64,000 nucleotides of DNA from Amoebidium appalachense (taxonomy: Eukaryota > Protista > Ichthyosporea): positions 3,908,231 through 3,972,230 of the forward strand of contig CAVNZM010000009.1 in assembly GCA_963693365.1 (NCBI GenBank), written 5' to 3'. A model generated the notes under the pieces. It worked only from the letters and a program-made list of their open reading frames with translations. It was not told the origin of the DNA and did no database searches. Every line of letters starts with the position of its first letter. The stretch's first letter is position 1. The position numbers and the translations under genes were made by a program. Shown here one piece after another: positions 1 through 22,397 of this stretch.

Positions 1-2464
1 CTAGGAGGGTCCATCCTGAAGGTGTATGGAAGGGTGCACCCGTAAAATTACTAAAAATGTTTTGCTATAAAATCAAGAAAAAAACACAACAACTCGTGAG
101 CGAAAAACAGACGTGTGTAAAGAGGGTTGCAGCTGCAACTATTAATAGTATGAGTTAGGGTACGTGTTGAAACTGTGTGGGTCCTTCTCGCATGCATACG
201 CGTGCTACTCTCTAATGTCTAGGGTAACTTTTAAAAAACAGACCGTTTAGTATGTGTAAAAAACTACAGCCTATTTTGCTTATCCGAACAAACTTGGTGG
301 GGAGGTGCCGGGAGGAGCCGAAGTTGGAGCCGCAGCCAGGCGTGACAAACGGGGACTCCGGAGTTGGTCAGCCAGGAACAGCATTCACGAACAGATCTCT
401 ATCATGTGGGGGTCTATTACACAGGCAGACAGAATTCGACAGAGAGCACTTAGAAGGCGAGCAGAAAAATAAAACTACTGTAAATGAATTGATTAAAGTA
501 GATACAATGAATAAAGATATATAAAATACGATGATAAATGGACAGGCTCGGATATTCTCGTTTCAAAGCGCCGTCCTGAAATAACAAAGTATGCATTTTG
601 AGCTCCAAACCCCATGAACATTCACATAGCAGGAGTCTACTTCAATAACTAATCGTTGCTGCGCGAAAGGCTGCCATAACGGAGTATATGACAATCATCC
701 AATCGCATGACGGGTTTGAGAGCACCCATTGTGAAGGTGTGCATTGTTTCGATTGGACAGCAATGCCGCAGGAGCGCGGCAGAGCGAAGCAATTGGTGTC
801 TATGAACGATCTGATTGGCGCTGCTGCACACACCAGTCAACACACACCTTCGAACTCCCGGATATATTTGCGCATATATAGCACGGACTTAATGATTTGC
901 ATCAGATGACGAGAAAAGTATGTCCATTTCTCGATCAAGGGGGCCTACTTCACCTCATTCTAGTTAAAATATATCATTTTGTGTATGAATATAGAACATC
1001 CGAAGCGTCTCTCCATACATATCTCGGGGCATTGCGTGATTGATCACCATCCGGCATGGCATGTACTGTGTCATGTACATACGCATCATGCGCATGGCCA
1101 ATATTGCAAATGCAAGTCTCCACATGGCACTGTGTCGAAGTACGTATGATACAGTGTAAAGCGTTTTGCCTCGTCACTGATAAGTAACTCAGTGCTAAGC
1201 AAACCTGTTAACTTCTTCAACTTGGCATATTGGCCTCGAGTAATATTTTGATCCTCCCGTCGAGTCCTCCGAGTTGTGTTAAGGCGTCACGTGGCTGCGT
1301 GATTATTTCTGATCATGATTCACATGCATATGGTTCGAAAGGAACGAGAACAGATAGAAAGAAGATATGTGTTAACGTTATTTCATGACCATGCAGCTGC
1401 AGCAGCATGAGTGACTGGAGCAAGATCTACATTATAGATACTGCTATTAGCCTGTGGAGTAAAACATTTCTTGGTCGCACAACAGGAACAGAATAAAATT
1501 TGTGGACAAATCTTCTTTTTGGATTCAAGTTACCCTACAGACGTACCTAAATGAGTAATAGCTGGTAGAATGCATCACGGTCTGACGGTGTCGGCAAACC
1601 CTGTACAGGTGAGTCACTGAGGCCAGATTATTGGAAAGGTATGCATGCCACCATATAACAGTTAGATCTTCAACCCGGATCTTGCGCAATTGCGGCACAT
1701 GTCGCTTTTCGTTGCCTGCTTCCAATTGGCGAAACTCTAGATTTCGTATCAAAACATTTCTGTGCATTTTTGGCCGTTGTATGGCACAAAGGAACAGCGA
1801 TAGCAGAGTTATAATATCATTTAAAATATTTACCAGAAAAACCATCAAACACTCATACGTAACTATAGCTACCAATAGCTTATTTGACTCATCGAGGTTG
1901 TTTCTGAGGATGTGAGTTATGACTCACTCATGGCATGATGCTGGATTGCTGGCGTCGTGTGAACTTAAACGAACTACGTAACTCCTCATTCTAATTTGAT
2001 ATAAGTCATGCAAAGAATGTAGCGGTGAGTACTAGGCCAATTGGATACATTCTAAGTTCAACTGTGTGATGATGAAGAATTTCGGTTTTCCCGGGAAAGC
2101 GCGCCGTGTTGTGGGCCCCGGGCCAAAAAAAAAAAAACTTGGCCGAGAAATGTGCGAACATATTTCAAGAAACAAATCAATAAATAAGTCGCTTTATTAT
2201 GTAAAATCAATACACAAACAAAAACGATGTGTCAAGAATTTGAAACAGTGACCCTTATTTCTCTGGAATGCGCGAACGTTATTGTACAATAGGTGACATG
2301 GGTCAAAGTCAAGATCCGTAACCCTCAGCCCGGGGTGCCTGAGCCGGGGCGTAATTGAACGTAAATTGATAAAACAAAAAATAATGCATAAAACACGTAT
2401 CAACAAACCACATAGACCGATATGCCATACAGCGCAGCCCAGACAAATAGGAGGAGGAGAAATA

Positions 2465-2537
<73 letters not shown>

Positions 2538-2592
2538 GCTGTACACGCTGTGCACTGTGTTTTTGTTGTGTGGCTTTGTGTGTGCAGGTGAC

Positions 2593-2646
<54 letters not shown>

Positions 2647-2774
2647 TGTGTGTGGGTGTGGGTGCGCGCGTGTGTTTGTGTGTGTGCACTGTGTGTGTGT
2701 ATGTGTGCATGTGTGTGTACGTACATGTGACACTGTGTACGTGTGTGTTTACATATGTGCGTACTGTCTGTGAC

Positions 2775-2839
<65 letters not shown>

Positions 2840-3241
2840 AATTTGTTTCTAATTTTTACTTTCTTGAGGAGGAGGTGTTGGCCGGGGGGAGGGGGGGGGG
2901 GGGGGGGGGAGGGGGGAGGGGGGCTGCTGCGACTCAGAGATATGAAGCCATGTTACCACGGTCACTCACTAGTATGTACAGGTCAAAGTCATAATAATTA
3001 TTCACTTTTTAGAGGGACTTAAAATGCGCTATCTTAAGGCCCAAGCAGGCATTTTTCGACACTGACCGAACACCGTGTTAAACTAAATCATAAAATCGTG
3101 GTTAAAAGATGAGAGCGGGGGCCGAAAATTTAAAATAAACAGCAGCTGCAAGGGATAAAAAAAAAAAAAGACGGACCCCTTGCATCTGAGAAAATGCAAG
3201 ACACAGAGAATCTGAGAGGGTCGACAAGACGACGTCCTGGG

Positions 3242-3278
<37 letters not shown>

Positions 3279-3280
3279 GT

Positions 3281-3322
<42 letters not shown>

Positions 3323-3433
3323 GGGGGGGGGAGGGGGGGAGGGGGGGAAGGGGGCTGAAGTAATTTACAGAAGAACCCCTCTGCAAATAATCGAAAAAGG
3401 GAGTGGGGGGGGGGGGGAAGGGGGGGGGGGGGG

Positions 3434-12335
<8,902 letters not shown>

Positions 12336-13952
12336 TTTCAGAGTGGATGCAGTAGACCTGGACTATGTTTAGTGTTCTGTATGCGCTAAAGCCAGTGTCT
12401 AGCTTTATACCTGTATGTTTGGGAAAGGGCATGAACCGTGCAGAGAGCAAAGATTTGGAAGCGGGGGTGGCTTCAAGCAACCTTTGGGGTGGGTAAAAAC
12501 ATGAATGTTAGATTGAGGGTAGTGTGTGAACTTGTCACAAACAATGGCCAGGTAGCTCAGGATGCAGACTAAATAAGTTGTGTGAAGAGGAAGCCGGCCG
12601 CTTTATCCCATTAATTTAGATTTGAAGGGCCGTTTATGGTTTGACCTAGCATGTAGCAGGATCTAGGAGGCCGGGAACAGATTAACTGCCTTCTGAGGTA
12701 GCTATTGTTTTCTCGCAACGAAAAAACGAAGAAAGCATAGGTCAATCAGAATCGAGCCGAGTCAAATGAATAGGAAGACAGCGTTGAGCTAGAGGGCACA
12801 AGTCAGGATGTGCCTGAAAACAGCCATGAAGAACATTTATACAAATTCAGCCTGTTCACAAGGTCACGGTATCATATAAACTTCACACAGAGCTCCGGGC
12901 GACAGTGATCTGAGGCTCAGTCACGGTGTCCTCAGTCAGACTCTGTTGTCCACAAAAACTGAACTCGTTTGCACCTACTTTTTGCAAAGTGTGCGCCTAT
13001 CTTTAAGCCAATCGAACCTAATTTTATAGCTTATACTATTGGTTGAGGCTTCCCTCCAAAGAGGCATGTAAATATGGCCCGGGTACCATATCAGGAGCGG
13101 GCAATTTTTGAATTCTCCCTCCCCGGCCCCGCCGGGGAAAATTTGAGGTTTTTGGACCTCAAAGAAGTCAAATCCTGCAAAATCCACTACCGGGAGGCCA
13201 AAAAGGGTGATTTTACAAAAAAGGAGGGACATACATGAAAAAGAGAAAATGGGCGAGTTCAGTGGGCTGCCGATAAGTATATTTCGTGCTGGGCCGGTAT
13301 ACATGCTGCCGTGGTTGTTGCTGTAGACGGCAGTATGGCATCGCATGTGTCACGTGACCTGCACGTGAATGCGACCATGTGCAGGCACTGAGTCTAGGGG
13401 GATTTGTATGTGTGTTTTGGAGCACCGACAAGGCAGAGCCAGGGTGAGGGATGTGTAAACATGGAGTTTAGGGAGATCGTGCTGCTATTGTAACATGTGC
13501 ACAAAACAGCCACGTGCACCGGCACACTCCGGTGTACAGAACAATAATATGCACATGCGTCACTGTAATATCATGTATGCGCATGCCGCACAAGGTTTAG
13601 GAGACCACCACAGTATATACTATTTTCTTTTGGTTGATATCCATGTAGGAATGGTGTGTTGCAGTTGTCATGATCAGCCTGAGGCAGGCACGTGCACTCA
13701 CTGAATCACTAGAACTCATGAATAAAAAATACATTCGCTAAAAACGGCAAGGTAAATTTGGGGCCAAGCTATTATTTCCCCCTTTTAAACGTTTTTTTAG
13801 CTCCAAGAACTTCGACGCCAAAATTTCTATATTTGGCCATCGTATATGATAATGAACACGTGTACTTAAATTAAAGTAGTTATATAAATATGAGCGGCCC
13901 GTTACAAATACAGTGACGAAAAACAGTGACCCACGAGCAGTTTTTCTTTCTA

Positions 13953-14020
<68 letters not shown>

Positions 14021-15351
14021 ACACACACACCAGACACACACACCACCACCACGGTGACCACCACCACCACCACCACCACCACTCACCCCTTAAAAAAACC
14101 ACACACATACGTGCACGTGTACACACACACACAGAACACCACCACCACCTCCACTGGACCCCATTTCCTCGTTGTTTTCTTAAGCCTTCAGACCAGTCCT
14201 GCACACTGGAGTTAAACAATTGAATTCACCTAGGCTGACATGCATCCACCCCCGCCTTCCACCTTCCCCTCCCCCCACCCCCCTCCCCCCACCCCCCCCC
14301 ACCCCCACCCCCTCCCCCTCGATGAAGAAGGGCCCCCGTAAGCCTTGGGGGGGGGGGGGGGGGGGGGGAAGGGGAAGGGGGGAGCTCTTGAGCCTCCGGG
14401 TAGGGAAGTGGGGTCCGGGGATCCGGAGAGGAGGGGGGGGGGGGGGGGAAGGGGGCATATAATATTGGGCCTAGATATCATAGTATGGGGCCCCGGGGGA
14501 GGGAGAGGTGGGGGGGGAGGGGGGAGGATCCACGGGAAAGACCTTTAGGTGCATGTTCTTATTTATACCCCCTTCGAATCATCCCCCCTCCTCCCCCCCC
14601 CCCCTCCCCCCCCCCCCTGAGTGCAGGCCGTGACGTAGCTACGATAACCCTGCAGAAGGCAACAAAAATGTATTAATTACTAGCACTATACATGTGTTCA
14701 TAGTGCAGCTTGCACCACGTATGATCTCAGCAACTTTAAAGTAGTCACAAAGTTTAGTTATTTTCATTATTTTCATTGCTCTGAACTCTATTACTCTGAA
14801 ATGATCACCGTGCATGTGCCGCAAGATAACAACCCTATATGTGTGCAGCTGCTGCCTGCAGGTTAGACTCGCTGAAAAGACAATTGTCAGTGTGCATCCG
14901 ACGCTTGCAGCTGCAGCTAGCCTCTGCAACATTAATACTTGCCAAGTGAATGCTCTTACACTTGATCATCATTCACTCAAAAAACCGAGGACCGACAGAT
15001 TAAATATTAATGTCGATCCGAATGATCAGCAAGTGTCTATGCGTACTACTATATATACACACACGTAAAATGCGAAGCTATCAGTTACAAGGCACACCTG
15101 CTGCACTGGCACACATACACATACACACCGGCAGATCGATGCTGTCAAAATTTACTTTCATGTACTTCGTAGGTCCGACACAGGTGCACATGAACACGTA
15201 CATATGTACAAGCCGCGCACACACCACACCACACATACACACACACACACACACACTCACACACACACACGCACACACGCACACACGCACACACGCACAC
15301 ACGCACGCACGCACGCACACACACACACACACACACGCACGCACGCGCGCG

Positions 15352-15421
<70 letters not shown>

Positions 15422-15747
15422 GACACACACACACACACACACATCACTGGGTGCGCTCGCTGGGGATTAGTTTTTTGGCACGCTGTTGACTTTATCGTGT
15501 GTTTATTATTTGCTATTTATTGGCCAGCGGCCAACATTTAAAAATATACTATATACCTAAAAATAGATACTGACTACGGCCAGCAGACATTATACACCTT
15601 CCAGGACACATTAACACCAATAGTCTAACACACCATACTCTCGATCACAAAGAATTCCTAACAAACAGAGAAAAGTGCAAAGGCTCTGTACTATTACTCA
15701 GATTCTAAATTTTAATTCTTTACAGTAAACTTCGGAATGAAAGCTAG

Positions 15748-15782
<35 letters not shown>

Positions 15783-15867
15783 CCCTAACATGACTGTACG
15801 AAGAACAGGTATAACTTGAAGCACTACAACACATATGAGATCCGTTACATTGGTGTACATTCCAATA

Positions 15868-17536
15868 TTAGACACTAGTTTGGCTACTCTGACTACTCTG
15901 AGATCCTGATTGGCTGCCTGCAGACTTGCGGCCACGATTACTTTGCTTTCGATCGTGCCATTGCAGCTGCGTCTCTCCAGCAGGTGGCAACGCCAGGCCC
16001 AGCACAGCAGATGCACGAGAAGGGGGTGGGAACTGCCCACCAGCCGAGGGCTGGCCCACATGGCCCAAGTAAGGATGGGGACCGTGCTGCGGCAGTAGCC
16101 CAGGCATGGGGAAGGCAGGGCCGGGCTGAGGCGGCATGATGCCCCACGGTGGGGGCCAGCCATGTGGGTGGTGCGGGCCTGGATGGGGTGCAGGGGGCAT
16201 GTGCGGCACATGGCCCTGCTGCATGTCAAGCGCGGGTGCTGGTGGCATGGCATCCTGATTGGCTGCAACCCAACGTGGGCAGCTCTTGGCCCGATTGGAG
16301 CCGGGGCAGCCCTTGCCCTGGCGGCCACACGTCTTGCAGGTCTTGGGGGCTCTCTGGGGTGGCTGCATAGGAGGGGGCACCGGCAAATCCATCTGCAGGG
16401 GCCCCTCAGGGCCAATGTTGCGATGCTTTTTGCCCACTAGCATGGGCAAGGGCCGCTCACGCTGCGCCCCTGCATCGACACCGTCTGGAACAGGGAGGGG
16501 TGGCAAGGGGGCAGGCCGTATGGTTGCTGGCACAGCGTCTGCCCTCTCCTCGCGCATACGCTTGCGGTGATCTGCCAGGCCCTCGTGTGTGGAGCGCTGT
16601 GCATGTGCCGTCTGCCAGGTCTTCCACTTGTCGAAATGCTTCTTGATGTAGGCCGCATCCTTCATGTAGATTCCCCCAGCCACAGAGGCAGCCTTGTTGA
16701 AGTCTTGGGCCAAAGCCTCGAACAGCTGGCCGTTGGGCTTTGCATGTGCCTTGTAGGTGCCCAGGAGCAGCGTGCTGAATAGCTTGCGCTCCTGAGGGGT
16801 AAGCACCGGAAGGAAGGGGATGGCCACATGTTGCTTCTGCGCCAGGAACTTGTAGTCGCCCCTCAGTGCAGGGTCCGGCTGTGGTGCACCACGCGCCACC
16901 TGGTTGCCCCCCCCCATGGCAGCACCGTCACCCTCCTCGACCTCACAGTCCTCTGGCCCGCCCATCACGCCATTGGCTGCAGGCTCGATGTTATCAGACG
17001 GAGGTGGGGGTGCGGGCACCGCAACTGGCTCCTGCGCCGGGGCATTGGCCACACAGGAGAGCGGGGCAAAGTTGAAGTACTCCTCCGGTAGCTTGTAGCA
17101 GCCTACGGGTACCCACTGGGGGTCGAGGTGATGGCCGTACAGCATCAGCGCCAGTGCCTCCATGTCGTCAACAATCCAGGGGCTGTAGTGGGGGGGCCCC
17201 GATGCCTGGCCCAGGCGGTTGCGGTAGTGTGCACGCAGGTTGTGGCGGTGGCGCCTATTGGACATGGTGGCGTCCAGCAGGCGCAGCGACATGCGTGTGG
17301 CCCCAAAGTGGGTGGCCAGGGGGTTGTGCACTGCCCCCTCCACCTCGTTGGTGCCCCGGATGCAGCGGTAGCGCATGAGCCCATCTGCGTCGGCAGTGGT
17401 CTCGTAGTAGAGGGGCAGGCCGGGGGGGTCCGACAGACAGCCATTTTGGGCGTGTTCGAGCAGCGACTGTGGGGGCACAAGCAAACATCAGAGAGATGGG
17501 TGGGTGGTGGTGGTGGTAGTGTGTGTGTATGTGTGT

Positions 17537-17567
<31 letters not shown>

Positions 17568-17648
17568 GGGGGGGGATGGGGTTGCTAAGGAAAAAAACGA
17601 GCAGGGAAAGGCAAAAAACAACTGGCTAGGCAGCAAGGGCCGTGCGGG

Positions 17649-17703
<55 letters not shown>

Positions 17704-18277
17704 TGTGTGTGTGTGTATGTTTGGGGGGGGGGGGGGGGGGGGGGGAGGCTAGGGTGTGCGTGTGTGTGCAGATGAACCAAGGATGACAAATAAGCGAAGA
17801 ATCTTTTCTGTGGTGGTGGAGTTGTTGGGCGCCTGCAGGGGGAGGGGGGGGGGGGGGGGATGTTGCCTCGAGTCTTTCAAAGCCATCCTTCTTGAACAGA
17901 GGCTTGCCATCCGGTCCGGGCGGCACATCCTTGTAGGTGTTTTTGAACTCCACCAGCCGCGAGACCAGCGTGTATGGGTCGGGAATAACCCGCCGGATGC
18001 GCTCCATGAAGTAGCTCAGGTCGCCGCCCTTGAGCTCGGTTTCAATGTCGATGCCCTTCTGCTCCAGCACCCCCTGTGAGGCAGGATGCCAATATTAATT
18101 TACTACGCACACTGCAATTTGGGTTTGGTAGACTTTGATACCTGCCGTTATTGTAGGACCCCCTCCCCTCCACCCCCCCCATCTTCTCCCCCAACACAAG
18201 TAAAAAATGCATGTGGCTATTTCCCCCCACAACCCTACATTATTTCTCTCTAGGCATATGAATAACCCCCACTCTCC

Positions 18278-18326
<49 letters not shown>

Positions 18327-19276
18327 TTCCCCCCCCTCTCTCTGAGGCTCAGGCTCTCTCTCTTCCCTCAGAAGTTTTGTCGAAGGTGTGCATGGTTGTG
18401 GGTGGAATGGTGAGTGTGTGCTAACGAGTGTATGTGTGTGTGCGCGTCAGTCACGCATGTTGTTGTTGCCGTTTTTTTTATTTTTATTTTTTATTTTTTA
18501 TTTTGGGGGGGGGGGAGGGGGGGGGGGCACCTTCACATGTCCGTAATCCTCTTCATTCCACACAAATATTGCCTCGCTGAGTGCGCGTGCGTACTCAGCC
18601 CTGCGGGGGTGTGACTTGTACGTGCCGTCCGCCGTGTTTGCAATGGAGTGGAAGGCGTCATTCAGCACAGTCTGCCACACCACCTCCCCAGGCGGTGCCT
18701 GGCCCAACATGCCCTCTCTGGGAGCTGCCTCGGGTCCCCCTGGGGCTGCCTCAAGGCCCCCCGGGGCTGCCTGGGGGTCCTGGGGGGGTGCCTGTGGGCC
18801 GGCAAGGGGTTGCTGCTGCTCGGCAGGGGGAGGACTGGCAGGGGGAGGGGCTGGGTCAGGGACCACCGGCACCTCGGCACCTGGGTCCGGTGGGGGCTGA
18901 ATGGGCCGTAGCCACTGCAGGTGCACCATCAGCTCAAAGGGCGGCGGGCCCAGCTCTCCCAGGGTCTTGCCCTTGTCGGGGCCAAAGGGCACCTGCATGG
19001 CCGGCGACAGCACCTGATCCACCCGCACCACTGCATGCTTCTTGCCCACCTTCATGCCCCCCCAGCGCTCCGGCTGCACAGCCAGCACCACCCCGGTGGC
19101 TGCTGCAGCATGTGGGCCCCGCCGGGGCACAATCTCAACCCCTTCACCGAGTGCCTTTGCATGAAGCCGCGCTGCATGTCATAGAGGGAAGCAAAAAACT
19201 CAGCCAAAAAGCCACAGCACCAACGTTTTTCTCTTCGCTCCACAAAAATCAAATGCATATTCCTTAGCAACCCCCT

Positions 19277-19311
<35 letters not shown>

Positions 19312-19384
19312 TTCTCCCTCCCCCCCCCCCCCCTCTCCCAGTGCCCAGCTTGTGTGGCACTTGCACGTGTTAACAGTGCTATAG

Positions 19385-19416
<32 letters not shown>

Positions 19417-19507
19417 ACCACCACCACCACCACCAATCACCCCCTCCTTTGATAGCCACCCGACACCCAGCATAACACAACTGGAACACTGGCCCATGTG
19501 GTCAGCC

Positions 19508-19549
<42 letters not shown>

Positions 19550-21056
19550 CCCCCCTCCCCCCCCCTCCCCTCTCCCTCTGGGGGGCCCACAATCTTTCTA
19601 TATCTGGCATAAGCACATAAGCACTGGGGCAAAAAGCAGGTGGGATACACACCTGACAGGTTTGGCCTATCGACCACGGCCGAGTAGACCTGCAGGGACG
19701 CATATGCATCAAGGGCAGCGTAGGTGGCCTGCACCTCTGATAGCGGCTCGTGCCAGTTGGAGCATCGAACAAGTGCCGGCTTGGGCAGCTTCTTGCCTAT
19801 GACCTGGGCAGTGATGTCGGCCAAGCCCCGGGCCGCAGAGGTGATAGCTGCACGGGCATAGCAGAACCGGCCCAGCTCCAGATAGCTGGCCACAGGGGTG
19901 CCGTAGTCCTTGTTGAGGTGGGCCGAGTCCGTGCCGATCTGCTTGCCCACCTTGATGATGCTGGGGTCCCTAAGCAGCGCAATCAGCTCGTCCACCAGCC
20001 GCGCGGGCGGGCTGTGGTTGGGGCCCATGCGTGCCAAGTGGAAGATGTACACGGCCCGTGCGGTGGCAATCTGCAGCGTGCAAACCTTGGACCGCGCCTG
20101 GCCCACCCGATAGACCCACTCGCAGTCCAGCCCCACCACGCGGTGCTGCTGCCCCTCCAGGTCGGCACGAATGGCCGCTGTAGCCACCACCGCCCCCTGG
20201 CAGTCGGTGTACACCGGCTTAGGGTAGTTGGCCGGCAGCTCCAGCCCAGGCAGACCGTCCGTCACGCTTACCAGCGCAGCCTCGTTCAGACGGACGGGGC
20301 ATTTTGGCCGGGCTAGGGTTGGAAACATGCGCTCAACAAACGCCCGGTCTTGGCAGCACCGATCTGTGTAGAAGAAGGCCGGGCCCTTGCTGTTGAGCGC
20401 CGCCGTGGTGGCAGAGATGCGCTGGATCACGGGCTCAATCTCCTGGTGGCTGCAGTCCCGTGTAAATACCTGCGCCCGGATCTCTGGGGTGCCGCACTGT
20501 GTGAGAGGGCATCTCCGAGCGGCCATGCATGTTCTAGCTTCCCTTACCACATGGCCCTTCACGAGACTTCAGTGCCCACACAATCCTTTCCCCCCTCCCT
20601 CCCCCCAAACCCATGTGCCCACATACTTTCCCCTCCCTCTCCCCCAAAACCCTTCCCCCTCCTTCCCCCCAAACCCATGTGCCCACATACTTTCCCCAGG
20701 CCTCCCTTTCCCCCAAAATCTTCCCCCCCCCCCCTCCCCCCTAAACCCATGTACCTACAATCCTTCCCCCTTCCTCCCCCTAAACCCTTGTGATCACAAT
20801 CCTTTCCCCCTCTCTGCCTTCCCCCCAAACCCATGTGCCCACGATCCTTCCCCACTCCCCCTCCCCCCAAACCATGGGACAGCCCTCCATATGGCACCTA
20901 CTGTCCCCCCCCCCCCCCCCCCCCCCCACCCCACCCCGGGCCTCTTGCCCTCTCTACCTTCAACCCCGACGGTGGTGTCTCCCCCCCCCCCCCCCCCCCC
21001 CCCCCTGCATCCCTTGCAATCACTGGCCCCTACTCCCATTCTGCTTGGCAGAAGCT

Positions 21057-21133
<77 letters not shown>

Positions 21134-21364
21134 ATTCCCCGCCAAAAGAAAGCTCCACCCCAGCCCACCCCAATCTCTACCCAGCAAAAACACATACACA
21201 CATATCTGGAGCTTCCTAGTTTTTGCTCGACAGGGCAAGAATTGTCCCCAAAACCCACATACTACAAACCTCTACTCACAGTGTGCCACCTCATTAAATG
21301 TGGAGCCTAAGAGATTTAAAGGCCCTAGAGGGGGGAGGGGGGGAGGGGGGGGAGGGGGGCGTGT

Positions 21365-21395
<31 letters not shown>

Positions 21396-21821
21396 GGGGT
21401 GGGGGGGGGGGGGAGGGGGGAAGGGGGCCTGGGGGAGAGTGGGGGGAGGGGGGAGAAGAGGAGGGACCACACACCGCCAAGCTCGTTTACACAAGTCCAT
21501 AGGCCTCGGTACAGAGGCTCCCCATTGATGCCGGTGAGCTTCCCAATTTGGAAGGTGTGGTCGGCCTTGAGCACGTTGTTTACGGGCTTGAGCTGCGTGT
21601 CCAGGCTCTGGTACTTTGCCGTGCGGTCGCTGAACTCAGTATACACGGCACTCAGGTATTTGCCTGAACCCCAAGTACTGTTAGAACTCCACCACCCTCC
21701 CATCAGGACCATCCCCCCCATTCCCTCTAGTCCCTCGTGTTCATCTCACCTCTCTGTATTTTCGTAAGTCTGTATGGCTTTTCCCATCTCAAAAACGCTA
21801 CACACCCATCTCCCGGCCGTT

Positions 21822-21873
<52 letters not shown>

Positions 21874-22053
21874 CCCCCCGCCCTCCCGGCGCGCGCAAAC
21901 CCTCCAAGTCATTGCACCAACTTTCACCTTCTTTCCCCTTTGTGCCCCATCTGCAGTTTGTCCCCTGCACGTCCGTTTGCCCTTCCCCCCACACCCTCCT
22001 GCCACTACTATAATAACCATTAAGTACCGCCACCAAGATCCAGTCTACCACCA

Positions 22054-22100
<47 letters not shown>

Positions 22101-22243
22101 CTCTCCACCTCCTTTCCCCCAACACACACAGACACACATGCGCACACCCACCATTCATTCTCAGGCATAACAGTTCTCCACGATTTCCCAAGCACACTCA
22201 CTGGTACATGGACCGTTATGCTTTCACCCCTCTGATGATCCCT

Positions 22244-22286
<43 letters not shown>

Positions 22287-22366
22287 ACCACCACCACCAC
22301 CACCACCACCATGACTGATTGCCACCACCACCACCTAATCCATCACCATGTCCCCCCTCCCCCCCC

Positions 22367-22397
<31 letters not shown>

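Noticed and set aside
290-390. Possible first exon on the minus strand (MLFLADQLRSPRLSRLAAAPTSAPPGTSHQ|gtttgt)
   Set aside because: No recognisable motif and no joinable downstream exon within the window.
1525-1915. Repeat-free ORFs of 94-116 aa on both strands
   Set aside because: No motifs, no codon bias and no consistent splice partners.
13060-13305. Possible MITE with GGCCC..GGGCC ends
   Set aside because: The inverted match is too short and degenerate, and there is no clear TSD.
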